The notes beneath the pieces are model-generated. The model was not told the DNA's origin. It was given only the letters and a program-made list of their open reading frames with translations, and did no database searches. Both the position numbers and the translations under genes were made by a program. This document shows positions 7,872 through 16,685 of a stretch of DNA of 22,138 nucleotides, piece after piece (position 1 is the stretch's first letter; each line of letters begins with the position of its first letter). Source of the DNA: a virus (taxonomy: Duplodnaviria > Heunggongvirae > Uroviricota > Caudoviricetes); IMG/VR virus record IMGVR_UViG_3300045988_101675, one strand, 5' to 3'.

Positions 7872-7938
7872 CCCCGCCAGTACTGAAACTTGTTTTCAGT
7901 GCTGGCGGGGTTAAACAAAGAGCATCGTGAAGCGTTAG
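7872..7938 (+). repeat. Copy 2 of the 67-nt repeat: stem-loop (7872-7910) plus tail
   Basis: CCCCGCCAGTACTGAAA / CTTGT / TTTCAGTGCTGGCGGGG. Same architecture as copy 1, with the second stem base pair swapped from G-C to C-G. Lies between the two accessory genes. Confidence 0.65.
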
Positions 7939-7963
7939 ATTAAAATCATTTGAGGCAGATAAA

Positions 7964-8626
7964 ATGCTTTGGAAAATAATTTCTTTTTTATTAGTTGGTA
8001 TTTGTATGTTTGCTTTCGGTTTATGGTTAGGCTCTATTCAGGCTGAATGGGCGAAACCAGAGCATAAAGATGCTGTTGCTTATTTAGCAATGATCGGAGG
8101 ATGGGTCTCAGGAATTGCAACGTCAGTCGCAGTAATTATTTCATTGTATGCGACATATCAAGCATCACAGAATAATGTTGAAAAATTAAGTTTAACCTAT
8201 AAGCCTTACTCTAGCGTAGACAAAGAAAATTATTGTGCCAATATTGAGGTTGTAAATTTGCGGAGCGTTCCGGTACATATACAAGAGTTTTGCTTAGAAT
8301 TTAGTGGGATAAATAATCATTTCAACATAAACGAACTAAAAGCAAATGGGAAGGAGATACCGTATTCTTTATACCAAGTAGGAGAGAAATGGGAGTTTGC
8401 CTTCTATCCTTTTGCAAAGCTGGGAAATATGAGGTTCTATAAAAGCTTAAGTGAGAATGGTAATCCAAGTTTTCGTAGTGGTTTCTTTGTGGTTAAAACA
8501 TCAATGAAACAATACAAATTAAGGATACCTAATGAGCTTTTGGAAATTATGAAAATTAGCTATGAAAAGCAAATGGAAATACGGAAGAATTATAAGGAAA
8601 TGCATGGTAAAGAGATGGGCTTTTAA
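7964..8626 (+). CDS. Accessory membrane protein of unknown function: two predicted N-terminal TM helices and a ~150-aa C-terminal domain
   Basis: 220-aa ORF with GAGG 8 nt upstream of the ATG. Hydrophobic segments IISFLLVGICMFAFGLWLG and VAYLAMIGGWVSGIATSVAVIISLY. Very AT-rich. Last gene before cos. Confidence 0.7.
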   Translation: MLWKIISFLLVGICMFAFGLWLGSIQAEWAKPEHKDAVAYLAMIGGWVSGIATSVAVIISLYATYQASQNNVEKLSLTYKPYSSVDKENYCANIEVVNLRSVPVHIQEFCLEFSGINNHFNINELKANGKEIPYSLYQVGEKWEFAFYPFAKLGNMRFYKSLSENGNPSFRSGFFVVKTSMKQYKLRIPNELLEIMKISYEKQMEIRKNYKEMHGKEMGF

Positions 8627-8749
8627 AACGCATTAACAAGCATCAAATTGCATGCGCATCCCTCCCCTGTTGTGTTTGAGCGCTGCCAGTGATGGTGTGC
8701 CTCTGGCGTGTTCGTGCAACTGCATTAAAACCGCCCCATGAAGCGGGCG

Positions 8750-8768
8750 GGCGAGGCGGGGAAAGCAC
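8750..8768. other. cos site: 19-nt cohesive-end sequence GGCGAGGCGGGGAAAGCAC
   Basis: Matches the P2 cohesive-end sequence as I remember it. Located between the accessory region and gene Q, as in P2. A 6-bp GC dyad (CCGCCC ... GGGCGG, 8731-8750) abuts its left edge. Confidence 0.75.
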
Positions 8769-8937
8769 TGCGCGCTGGCGGTGGTGCTGATTTTATTTTT
8801 TCAGCGTCTGAGCGCGTCTTGATGGCGTTTAGATTGTGCGCCGGGGCGTTGGTGTGTCTGCGGGGTGTTTTGTGCGGTGGTGAGCGTGTGAGGGCGTGAT
8901 GACGGGGTGTAAAAAAGCCGCCCGCAGGCGGCGATGT

Positions 8938-9972
8938 TCAGCCGTTGTCAGTGTCCAGTGAGTAGTTTTTAAAGCGGATGACCTCCTGGCCGAGCCAGCC
9001 GTTTATTTCCCGAATCCTGTCCTGTAGCGGGATAAGCTCATTGCGGACAAAGACCTTTGCCACTTTCTCAATATCACCCAGAGACCCGACGTTCTCCGGC
9101 TTGCCGCCCATCAACTGAAAGGGGATGCGGTGCGCGTCCAGCAGGTCAGCGGCGCTGGCTTTTTTGATATTAAAAAAATCGTCCTTCGTCGCCACTTCAC
9201 TGAGGGGGATAATTTTAATGCCGTCGGCTTTCCCCTGTGGGGCATAGAGAAACAGGTTTTTAAAGTTGTTGCGGCCTTTCGACTTGACCATGTTTTCGCG
9301 AAGCATTTCGATATCGTTGCGATCCTGCACGGCATCAGTGACGTACATGATGTATCCGGCATGAGCGCCGTTTTCGTAATACTTGCGGCGGAACAGCGTA
9401 GCTGATTCATTCAGCCAGGCAGAATTAAGGGCGCTGAGATATTCCGGCAGGCCGTACAGCTCCTGATTAATATCCGGCTCCAGCAGGTGAAACACGGAGC
9501 CGGGCGCGAAAGGTGTCGGCTCGTTGAAGGACGGCACCCACCAGTAAACATCCTCCTCAACACCACGGCGGGTATATTTTGCCGGTGAGGTTTCCAGTCT
9601 GATGACCTTACCGGTGGTGCTGTAGCGCTTTTCCAGAAACGCATTACCGAACACCAGAAAATCCAGCACAAAGCGGCTGAAATCCTGCTGGGAAAGCCAC
9701 GGGTGCGGAATAAACGTTGAAGCCAGAATATTACGTTTGACGTAAATCGGTGAGCTGTGATGTACGGCAGCACGCAGGCTTTTTGCCAGACCGGTAAAGC
9801 TGACCGGTGGCTCATACCATCTGCCGTTACTGATGCACTCGACGTAATCCAGAATGTCACGGCGGTCGAGTACCGGCACCGGCTCACCAAAGGTGAATGC
9901 CTCCATTTTCGGGGCGCTGGCGGTGATTGTTTTTGCCGCAGGTTGCGGTGTTTTCCCTTTTTTCTTGCTCAT
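8938..9972 (-). CDS. Q: Portal protein gpQ
   Basis: 344 aa, the P2 Q length as I recall it. First gene after cos, co-oriented with the large terminase, with a 1-nt overlap between the P stop and Q start. Confidence 0.93.
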   Translation of the reverse strand: MSKKKGKTPQPAAKTITASAPKMEAFTFGEPVPVLDRRDILDYVECISNGRWYEPPVSFTGLAKSLRAAVHHSSPIYVKRNILASTFIPHPWLSQQDFSRFVLDFLVFGNAFLEKRYSTTGKVIRLETSPAKYTRRGVEEDVYWWVPSFNEPTPFAPGSVFHLLEPDINQELYGLPEYLSALNSAWLNESATLFRRKYYENGAHAGYIMYVTDAVQDRNDIEMLRENMVKSKGRNNFKNLFLYAPQGKADGIKIIPLSEVATKDDFFNIKKASAADLLDAHRIPFQLMGGKPENVGSLGDIEKVAKVFVRNELIPLQDRIREINGWLGQEVIRFKNYSLDTDNG

Positions 9973-11744
9973 CAGTAAAACTCCAGAATGGTGGATGTCA
10001 GCGGAGTGCTGATACCGGCGGTGAGTGGCTCATTTAACAGGGCGTGCATGGTCGCCCAGGCGAGGTCGGCGTGGCTGGCTTCCTCGCTGCGGCTGGCCTC
10101 ATAGGTGGCGCTGCGTCCGCTGCTGGTCATGGTCTTGCGGATAGCCATAAACGAGCTGGTGATGTCGGTGGCGCTGACGTCATATTCCAGACAGCCACGG
10201 CGGATGACGTCTTTTGCCTTGAGCACCATTGCGGTTTTCATTTCCGGCGTGTAGCGGATATCGCGCGCGGCGGGATAGAACGAGCGCACGAGCTGGAACA
10301 CGCCGACACCGAGGCCGGTGGCATCAATCCCGATGTATTCAACGTTATATTTTTCGGTGAGTTTGCGGATGGATTCCGCCTGGGTGGCAAAGTCCATGCC
10401 TTTCCACTGGTGACGCTCAAGTATTCTGAATTTGCCACCGGCCACCACCGGCGGTGCCAGTACCACGCATCCGGCGCTGTCGCCACGGTGTGACGGGTCG
10501 TAACCAATCCATACCGGGCGGGAGCCGAACGGATTGGCGGCAAACGGCGCATAGTCTTCCCATTCTTCCAGCGTGTCGACCATGCAGCGTTGCAGCTCCT
10601 CGAACGGGAACACCGACGCCTTGTCGTCAACAAATTCACACATGAACAGGTTTTTAAAATCGTCGGCGCTGTTTTCACGTTTGAGCTGCTCAATGTCGAA
10701 CAGCGTGCAGCCGCCTTTCAGGGCGTCCTCAATGGTGACAATCTGCCGCCACTGGCCGTCCGCACAGAGAAGACCACCGGCAAGAGCGTTATGACTGACG
10801 TCTATTTCCACGCGTTCGGCGGCGCTGGCGCGTCCCCGGTTAAACAGTTCACCCGACCAGAACGGGTAGGCGTCGTGCGCCAGCGTGGACGGGGTGGAGA
10901 AATAGGTCGAGCGCAGGTGACTCTGTGAGGCCATACCTGATGCCACCTTACGCAGTACCTGAAAATTCGGGATCCAGAAAATCTCATCGACGTACAGGTC
11001 GCCGTTATGGCTCTGCGCGGTGTTGGAGTTGGTGCCGAGAAAAATCAGTTTTGCGCCGTTATTGCCCAGGACAATCGGGTCACCGGTCAGGTCAACGTCA
11101 ACCAGCCGGGCAAAGGCGATGATGTATTCGCGGAACACATACGCCTGCGTTTTACTGGCCGACAGAAAAATCTGGTTATGACCGGTTTTCAGGGCGCGCA
11201 GCAGCGCCTCGCGGGAAAAATAAAACGTCGCGCCAATCTGGCGGGATTTCAGGATATCGCGGATGCGGTGCTCAAGCCCGGCGCGATACCAGTGCAACTG
11301 ATAGTCGAAAGACTGCTCAAAGAAAATCTGCTCCAGCTTTTCGATGGCCTCGTCACTGAAAAAATTCTTTTTCGGTTTGCGACGCCCGCCTTTGTTGCGG
11401 TTAGCGACGTTCGGATTAAGGTCTGCCTCGTTGCCGGTCTGACTGTAGCGGTTGACCCGCGCCAGTCGTTCAATCTGGCGTCCCAGCAGGTCAATTTCCT
11501 TGAAGTCACCGCCGGTTTTCTGCGGTTTGATGATGAGCTGGGTCAGCCGCGCTTCCAGACTCATTTCGACACGGCTGATGGGGGCAACGCTGTCCCAGCC
11601 GTCGCGCTGTTTCCAGCTCTGCACCGTCGGGCGTTTCATCTGCAACATGGCGGCAATCTGCGGCACGGAAAACCCCTGCCAGTACAGCAGCGCCGCCTGA
11701 CGACGCGGATCGTGTAAAAGAGTGGTGTCTGTGGTGATGGTCAT
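9972..11744 (-). CDS. P: Terminase large (ATPase) subunit gpP
   Basis: Track ORF begins at TTG; trimmed to ATG (MTITTDTTLLHD...), giving 590 aa, the P2 P length as I recall it. Confidence 0.93.
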   Translation of the reverse strand: MTITTDTTLLHDPRRQAALLYWQGFSVPQIAAMLQMKRPTVQSWKQRDGWDSVAPISRVEMSLEARLTQLIIKPQKTGGDFKEIDLLGRQIERLARVNRYSQTGNEADLNPNVANRNKGGRRKPKKNFFSDEAIEKLEQIFFEQSFDYQLHWYRAGLEHRIRDILKSRQIGATFYFSREALLRALKTGHNQIFLSASKTQAYVFREYIIAFARLVDVDLTGDPIVLGNNGAKLIFLGTNSNTAQSHNGDLYVDEIFWIPNFQVLRKVASGMASQSHLRSTYFSTPSTLAHDAYPFWSGELFNRGRASAAERVEIDVSHNALAGGLLCADGQWRQIVTIEDALKGGCTLFDIEQLKRENSADDFKNLFMCEFVDDKASVFPFEELQRCMVDTLEEWEDYAPFAANPFGSRPVWIGYDPSHRGDSAGCVVLAPPVVAGGKFRILERHQWKGMDFATQAESIRKLTEKYNVEYIGIDATGLGVGVFQLVRSFYPAARDIRYTPEMKTAMVLKAKDVIRRGCLEYDVSATDITSSFMAIRKTMTSSGRSATYEASRSEEASHADLAWATMHALLNEPLTAGISTPLTSTILEFY

Positions 11745-11917
11745 GAATACCTCGCCGTGATGAATACACGGCAAGGCTACTGAGTCGCGCCCCGCGATTC
11801 GCTAAGGTGCTGTTGTGTCAGTGATAAGCCATCCGGGACTGATGGCGGAGGATGCGCATCGTCGGGAAACTGATGCCGACATGTGACTCCTCTAATCACT
11901 ATTCAGGACTCCTGACA
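11745..11917. promoter_or_regulatory. Divergent late promoter region between P and O, containing the dyad GCCATC-N7-GATGGC (11828-11846)
   Basis: Intergenic region between divergently transcribed late operons. P2 late promoters are activator-dependent. I searched for the TGT-N12-ACA element and did not find an exact match, so placement is approximate. Confidence 0.4.
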
Positions 11918-12772
11918 ATGGCAAAAAAAGCATCAAAATTCTTTCGTATCGGCGTTGAGGGTGACACCTGTGACGGGCGTGTCATCAGTGCGCAGGATAT
12001 TCAGGAAATGGCCGAAACCTTTGACCCGCGAGTCTATGGTTGCCGCATTAACCTGGAACATCTGCGCGGCATCCTACCTGACGGTATTTTTAAGCGTTAT
12101 GGCGATGTGGTCGAACTGAAGGCCGAAAAGATTGACGATGATTCGGCGCTGAAAGGCAAATGGGCGCTGTTTGCGAAAATCACCCCGACCGATGACCTTA
12201 TCGCGATGAACAAGGCCGCGCAGAAGGTCTATACCTCAATGGAAATTCAGCCGAACTTTGCCAATACAGGCAAATGTTATCTGGTGGGTCTGGCCGTCAC
12301 CGATGACCCGGCAAGCCTCGGCACGGAATACCTGGAATTCTGCCGCACGGCAAAACACAACCCCCTGAACCGCTTCAAATTAAGCCCTGAAAACCTGATT
12401 TCAGTGGCAACGCCTGTTGAGCTGGAATTTGAAGACCTGCCTGAAACCGTGTTCACCGCCCTGACCGAAAAGGTGAAATCCATTTTTGGCCGCAAACAGG
12501 CCAGCGATGACGCCCGTCTGAATGACGTGCATGAAGCGGTGACCGCTGTCGCTGAGCATGTGCAGGAAAAACTGAGCGCCACTGAGCAGCGCCTTGCTGA
12601 GATGGAAACCGCCTTTTCGGCACTTAAGCAGGATGTGACTGACAGGGCGGATGAAACCAGTCAGGCATTCACCCGCCTGAAAAACAGTCTCGACCACACC
12701 GAAAGTCTGACCCAGCAGCGCCGCAGCAAAGCCACCGGCGGTGGCGGTGACGCCCTGATGACGAACTGCTGA
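11918..12772 (+). CDS. O: Capsid scaffolding protein gpO
   Basis: Track ORF begins at an upstream ATG; trimmed to the ATG at 11918 (MAKKASKFFRIGVEGD...), giving 284 aa, the P2 O length as I recall it. Confidence 0.9.
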   Translation: MAKKASKFFRIGVEGDTCDGRVISAQDIQEMAETFDPRVYGCRINLEHLRGILPDGIFKRYGDVVELKAEKIDDDSALKGKWALFAKITPTDDLIAMNKAAQKVYTSMEIQPNFANTGKCYLVGLAVTDDPASLGTEYLEFCRTAKHNPLNRFKLSPENLISVATPVELEFEDLPETVFTALTEKVKSIFGRKQASDDARLNDVHEAVTAVAEHVQEKLSATEQRLAEMETAFSALKQDVTDRADETSQAFTRLKNSLDHTESLTQQRRSKATGGGGDALMTNC

Positions 12773-12830
12773 CCGGCGTCAGCCAGTCCGGGAAAACCTT
12801 CACGATTAACCCTTAATTTCAGGAAAAACT

Positions 12831-13904
12831 ATGCGCCAGGAAACCCGCTTTAAATTTAATGCCTACCTGTCCCGTGTTGCCGAACTGAACGGCATCGACG
12901 CCGGTGATGTGTCGAAAAAATTCACCGTTGAACCGTCGGTCACCCAGACCCTGATGAACACCATGCAGGAGTCCTCTGATTTTCTGACCCGCATCAACAT
13001 TGTGCCGGTCAGCGAAATGAAAGGGGAAAAAATTGGTATTGGTGTCACCGGCTCCATCGCCAGCACCACCGACACCGCCGGTGGCACCGAGCGTCAGCCG
13101 AAGGACTTCTCGAAGCTGGCGTCAAACAAGTACGAATGCGACCAGATTAACTTCGATTTTTATATCCGCTACAAAACGCTGGACCTGTGGGCGCGTTATC
13201 AGGATTTCCAGCTCCGTATCCGTAACGCCATTATCAAACGCCAGTCCCTTGATTTCATCATGGCCGGTTTTAACGGCGTGAAGCGTGCTGAAACCTCTGA
13301 CCGCAGCAGCAATCCGATGCTGCAGGATGTGGCGGTCGGCTGGCTGCAGAAATACCGCAATGAAGCCCCGGCGCGCGTGATGAGCAAGGTCACTGACGAG
13401 GAAGGTCACACGACCTCTGAGGTCATCCGCGTGGGTAAGGGCGGTGATTATGCCAGCCTCGATGCACTGGTGATGGATGCGACCAACAACCTGATTGAGC
13501 CGTGGTATCAGGAAGACCCTGACCTTGTGGTGATTGTGGGGCGTCAGCTACTGGCGGACAAGTATTTCCCCATCGTCAACAAGGAGCAGGACAACAGCGA
13601 GATGCTGGCCGCTGACGTCATCATCAGCCAGAAACGCATCGGTAACCTGCCGGCGGTACGCGTCCCGTACTTCCCGGCGGATGCGATGCTCATCACGAAG
13701 CTGGAAAACCTGTCCATCTACTACATGGATGACAGCCATCGCCGCGTGATTGTGGAAAACCCGAAACTCGACCGCGTGGAGAACTACGAGTCAATGAACA
13801 TTGATTACGTGGTGGAAGACTACGCCGCCGGTTGTCTGGTAGAAAAAATTAAGGTCGGTGACTTCTCCACACCGACTAAAGTGACCGCAGAGCCGGGAGC
13901 GTAA
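12831..13904 (+). CDS. N: Major capsid protein gpN
   Basis: 357 aa, the P2 N length as I recall it. Follows the scaffold gene. Confidence 0.93.
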   Translation: MRQETRFKFNAYLSRVAELNGIDAGDVSKKFTVEPSVTQTLMNTMQESSDFLTRINIVPVSEMKGEKIGIGVTGSIASTTDTAGGTERQPKDFSKLASNKYECDQINFDFYIRYKTLDLWARYQDFQLRIRNAIIKRQSLDFIMAGFNGVKRAETSDRSSNPMLQDVAVGWLQKYRNEAPARVMSKVTDEEGHTTSEVIRVGKGGDYASLDALVMDATNNLIEPWYQEDPDLVVIVGRQLLADKYFPIVNKEQDNSEMLAADVIISQKRIGNLPAVRVPYFPADAMLITKLENLSIYYMDDSHRRVIVENPKLDRVENYESMNIDYVVEDYAAGCLVEKIKVGDFSTPTKVTAEPGA

Positions 13905-13907
13905 CCG

Positions 13908-14651
13908 ATGACGAGTCCCGCACAGCGCCACATGATGCGGGTCTCGGCAGCGATGACCGCGCAGCGGGACGCCGCCCCGCTGCGACATGCAACTGTCTAT
14001 GAGCAGATGCTGGTCAAGCTGGCCGCAGACCAGCGCACACTGAAAGCGATTTATTCAAAAGAGCTGAAGGCCGCGAAAAAACGCGAACTGCTGCCGTTCT
14101 GGTTGCCGTGGGTGAACGGCGTGCTGGTGCAGGGCAAAGGTGCACAGGATGACATTCTGATGACGGTCATGCTGTGGCGTCTGGATACCGGCGATATTGC
14201 CGGTGCGCTGGAGATTGCCCGTTATGCCCTGAAGTACGGTCTGACCATGCCGGGTAAACACCGCCGCACCCCGCCGTACATGTTCACCGAGGAGGTGGCG
14301 CTCGCGGCCATGCGCGCCCACGCTGCCGGTGAGTCTGTGGATACCCGCCTGCTGACGGAGACCCTTGCACTGACCGCCACGGCAGACATGCCTGATGAAG
14401 TGCGCGCAAAGCTGCACAAAATCACCGGTCTGTTTCTGCGTGACGCTGGTGATGCCGCAGGGGCGCTGGCACACCTGCAACGTGCGACACAGCTCGACTG
14501 TCAGGCAGGCGTCAAAAAAGAGATTGAACGACTGGAGCGGGAGCTGAAACCGAAGCCGGAGCCGCAGCCAAAAGCGGCCACCCGTACCCCGCGTAAGACC
14601 CGGAGCGTGACACCGGCAAAACGTGGACGCCCGAAAAAGAAAGCCAGTTAA
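13908..14651 (+). CDS. M: Terminase small (endonuclease) subunit gpM
   Basis: 247 aa, the P2 M length as I recall it. Basic, Lys/Arg/Pro-rich C-terminus. Position after N. Confidence 0.9.
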   Translation: MTSPAQRHMMRVSAAMTAQRDAAPLRHATVYEQMLVKLAADQRTLKAIYSKELKAAKKRELLPFWLPWVNGVLVQGKGAQDDILMTVMLWRLDTGDIAGALEIARYALKYGLTMPGKHRRTPPYMFTEEVALAAMRAHAAGESVDTRLLTETLALTATADMPDEVRAKLHKITGLFLRDAGDAAGALAHLQRATQLDCQAGVKKEIERLERELKPKPEPQPKAATRTPRKTRSVTPAKRGRPKKKAS

Positions 14652-14750
14652 CAACCGAATGCGCCCCGCGCCAGGGCGGCACGCCGGTCAGTGAGGGTGA
14701 ATCACCTGACACTGCACCGGCGTCCACCGCCCGACTTTTCAGAGGTAGTC

Positions 14751-15260
14751 ATGATGACGCTGATTATTCCGCGAAAGGAGGCTCCCGTGTCCGGTGAGGG
14801 TACGGTGGTCATCCCGCAACCGGCAGGCGACGAGCCGGTGATTAAAAACACGTTCTTTTTTCCCGATATCGACCCGAAGCGCGTCCGGGAACGTATGCGC
14901 CTTGAGCAGACCGTCGCCCCCGCCCGTCTGCGTGAGGCCATCAAGTCAGGCATGGCGGAGACGAATGCGGAGCTGTACGAGTACCGCGAACAGAAAATTG
15001 CTGCCGGTTTTACGCGTCTGGCGGACGTCCCGGCGGACGACATCGACGGTGAAAGCATCAAAGTTTTTTACTACGAGCGCGCCGTGTGTGCGATGGCGAC
15101 CGCATCGCTTTATGAGCGTTATCGCGGCGTGGATGCCAGTGCGAAAGGCGACAAGAAGGCCGACAGCATTGACAGCACCATTGATGAGCTGTGGCGGGAT
15201 ATGCGCTGGGCAGTGGCGCGCATCCAGGACAAGCCGCGCTGCATCGTGAGTCAAATTTGA
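14751..15260 (+). CDS. L: Head completion/stabilisation protein gpL
   Basis: Track ORF is extended upstream; trimmed to ATG 14751 (MMTLIIPRKEAP...) with AGAGG 5 nt upstream, giving 169 aa. Confidence 0.88.
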   Translation: MMTLIIPRKEAPVSGEGTVVIPQPAGDEPVIKNTFFFPDIDPKRVRERMRLEQTVAPARLREAIKSGMAETNAELYEYREQKIAAGFTRLADVPADDIDGESIKVFYYERAVCAMATASLYERYRGVDASAKGDKKADSIDSTIDELWRDMRWAVARIQDKPRCIVSQI

Positions 15261-15463
15261 TGAAGACCTTTGCGCTACAGGGCGACACGCTCGACGCCAT
15301 CTGTGTCCGGTATTACGGGCGCACTGAGGGCGTGGTCGAAGCCGTGCTCGCCGCAAATCCGGGACTGGCTGAACTGGGCGCGGTGCTGCCGCACGGCACC
15401 GCCGTCGAACTGCCCGACGTTCAGACCGCGCCCGTGGCTGAAACTGTCAATCTGTGGGAGTAA
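15260..15463 (+). CDS. X: Tail protein gpX
   Basis: Trimmed to ATG 15260 (MKTFALQGDTLD...), giving 67 aa. The start overlaps the L stop (TGATG). Confidence 0.8.
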   Translation: MKTFALQGDTLDAICVRYYGRTEGVVEAVLAANPGLAELGAVLPHGTAVELPDVQTAPVAETVNLWE

Positions 15464-15466
15464 CGC

Positions 15467-15748
15467 ATGACAGCAGAAGAAAAAAGCGTCCTGTCGCTTT
15501 TCATGATTGGGGTGCTGATTGTTGTCGGCAAGGTGCTTGCCGGTGGTGAACCCATCACCCCGCGTCTGTTTATCGGGCGCATGTTGCTCGGTGGTTTTGT
15601 CTCGATGGTTGCCGGTGTTGTTCTGGTGCAGTTTCCTGACCTGTCACTGCCTGCGGTGTGCGGCATCGGCTCCATGCTGGGTATCGCCGGTTATCAGGTG
15701 ATTGAGATTGCCATTCAGCGCCGCTTTAAGGGCAGGGGGAAACCGTAA
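15467..15748 (+). CDS. Y: Holin gpY
   Basis: 93 aa with hydrophobic helices (LSLFMIGVLIVVGKVLAG, LLGGFVSMVAGVVLVQF, GSMLGIAGYQVI) and a charged C-terminus. Immediately upstream of the endolysin gene. Confidence 0.85.
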   Translation: MTAEEKSVLSLFMIGVLIVVGKVLAGGEPITPRLFIGRMLLGGFVSMVAGVVLVQFPDLSLPAVCGIGSMLGIAGYQVIEIAIQRRFKGRGKP

Positions 15749-16245
15749 TGCCGGTAATTAACACGCATCAGAATATCGCCGCCTTTCTCGACATGCTGGC
15801 CGTGTCCGAAGGGACGGCGAATCATCCGCTGACGAAAAACCGGGGCTATGACGTGATAGTCACCGGACTGGACGGAAAGCCGGAAATCTTCACCGACTAC
15901 AGTGACCACCCGTTCGCGCATGGCCGACCGGCGAAGGTGTTTAACCGTCGCGGTGAAAAATCCACGGCCTCCGGTCGCTATCAGCAGCTTTACCTGTTCT
16001 GGCCGCACTACCGCAAACAGCTTGCCCTGCCGGATTTCAGTCCGTTGTCACAGGACAGGCTCGCCATTCAGTTGATCCGCGAACGCGGTGCACTGGATGA
16101 CATCCGGGCGGGACGCATTGAGCGCGCCATTTCACGCTGTCGCAATATCTGGGCGTCCCTGCCGGGTGCCGGTTACGGTCAGCGTGAGCATTCACTGGAA
16201 AAACTGGTCACCGTCTGGCGTACCGCCGGCGGCGTACCGGCTTAA
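15748..16245 (+). CDS. K: Endolysin gpK (lambda R-like lytic transglycosylase)
   Basis: 165 aa. FLDMLAVSEGT ... RNIWASLPGAGYGQ closely parallels lambda R as I recall it. Overlaps the Y stop. Confidence 0.9.
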   Translation: MPVINTHQNIAAFLDMLAVSEGTANHPLTKNRGYDVIVTGLDGKPEIFTDYSDHPFAHGRPAKVFNRRGEKSTASGRYQQLYLFWPHYRKQLALPDFSPLSQDRLAIQLIRERGALDDIRAGRIERAISRCRNIWASLPGAGYGQREHSLEKLVTVWRTAGGVPA

Positions 16246-16259
16246 ACGGAGTAAACACC

Positions 16260-16685
16260 ATGAAGAAATTATCCCTTTCACTGATGCTGAACGTGTCGCT
16301 GGCGCTGATGCTGGCACTGTCCCTGATTTACCCGCAGAGCGTGGCCGTCAATTTTGTCGCCGCCTGGGCGATTCTGGCGACGGTTATCTGTGTGGTTGCC
16401 GGTGGTGTCGGCGTGTATGCCACTGAGTATGTGCTGGAACGCTACGGGCGGGAGCTGCCGCCGGAATCGCTGGCCGTGAAGATTGTCACGTCGCTGTTTT
16501 TGCAGCCGGTGCCGTGGTGCAGACGGGCGGCGGCTCTGGTGGTGATGGTGGCGACGTTTATCTCGCTGGTTGCCGCCGGGTGGATTTTTACCGCGCTGAT
16601 TTATCTCGTGGTATCGGTGTTCTTCCGGCTGATACGTACGGCCTGCCGTCAGCGTTTTGAGGGGCGGGAACCATGTCAAAGCTGA
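16260..16685 (+). CDS. lysA: Lysis accessory membrane protein LysA
   Basis: 141 aa, strongly hydrophobic with multiple predicted TM helices. Position after K. Confidence 0.8.
   Translation: MKKLSLSLMLNVSLALMLALSLIYPQSVAVNFVAAWAILATVICVVAGGVGVYATEYVLERYGRELPPESLAVKIVTSLFLQPVPWCRRAAALVVMVATFISLVAAGWIFTALIYLVVSVFFRLIRTACRQRFEGREPCQS

Noticed and set aside
6899-7938. Integron attC-like reading of the hairpin repeats (each tail ends GTTAG, resembling a GTTRRRY core)
   Set aside because: There is no IntI integrase. The flanks are not complementary in the R''/R' manner: the TTAAAC elements on either side of the stem are direct, not inverted. Copy 1 does not fit the core consensus.
6682-8750. Retron, CRISPR or toxin-antitoxin RNA repeat array in the hotspot
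   Set aside because: No reverse-transcriptase ORF. No short regularly spaced direct repeats. Only two repeat copies, about 970 bp apart.
9411-11769. Many antisense or alternative-frame ORFs of 60-236 aa inside Q and P (for example 9411..9890, 10238..10693, 11007..11717)
   Set aside because: They overlap strongly supported portal and terminase genes. Their composition is the low-complexity Arg/Ala/Gly/Ser pattern expected from off-frame GC-rich sequence.
1571-15260. Upstream-extended starts used by the ORF track (TTG 1571, GTG 2920, TTG 3902, GTG 7100, TTG 11774 on the minus strand, ATG 11852, 14691 and 15191)
   Set aside because: In each case an internal ATG with a better ribosome-binding site gives a product matching the expected P2 protein length or start, so the extended starts were trimmed.
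14055-15675. Antisense and off-frame ORFs across M, L, X and Y (for example 14055..14654, 14946..15356, 15421..15675)
   Set aside because: Same reasoning: each is embedded in a recognised late gene and none has a ribosome-binding site or recognisable motif.
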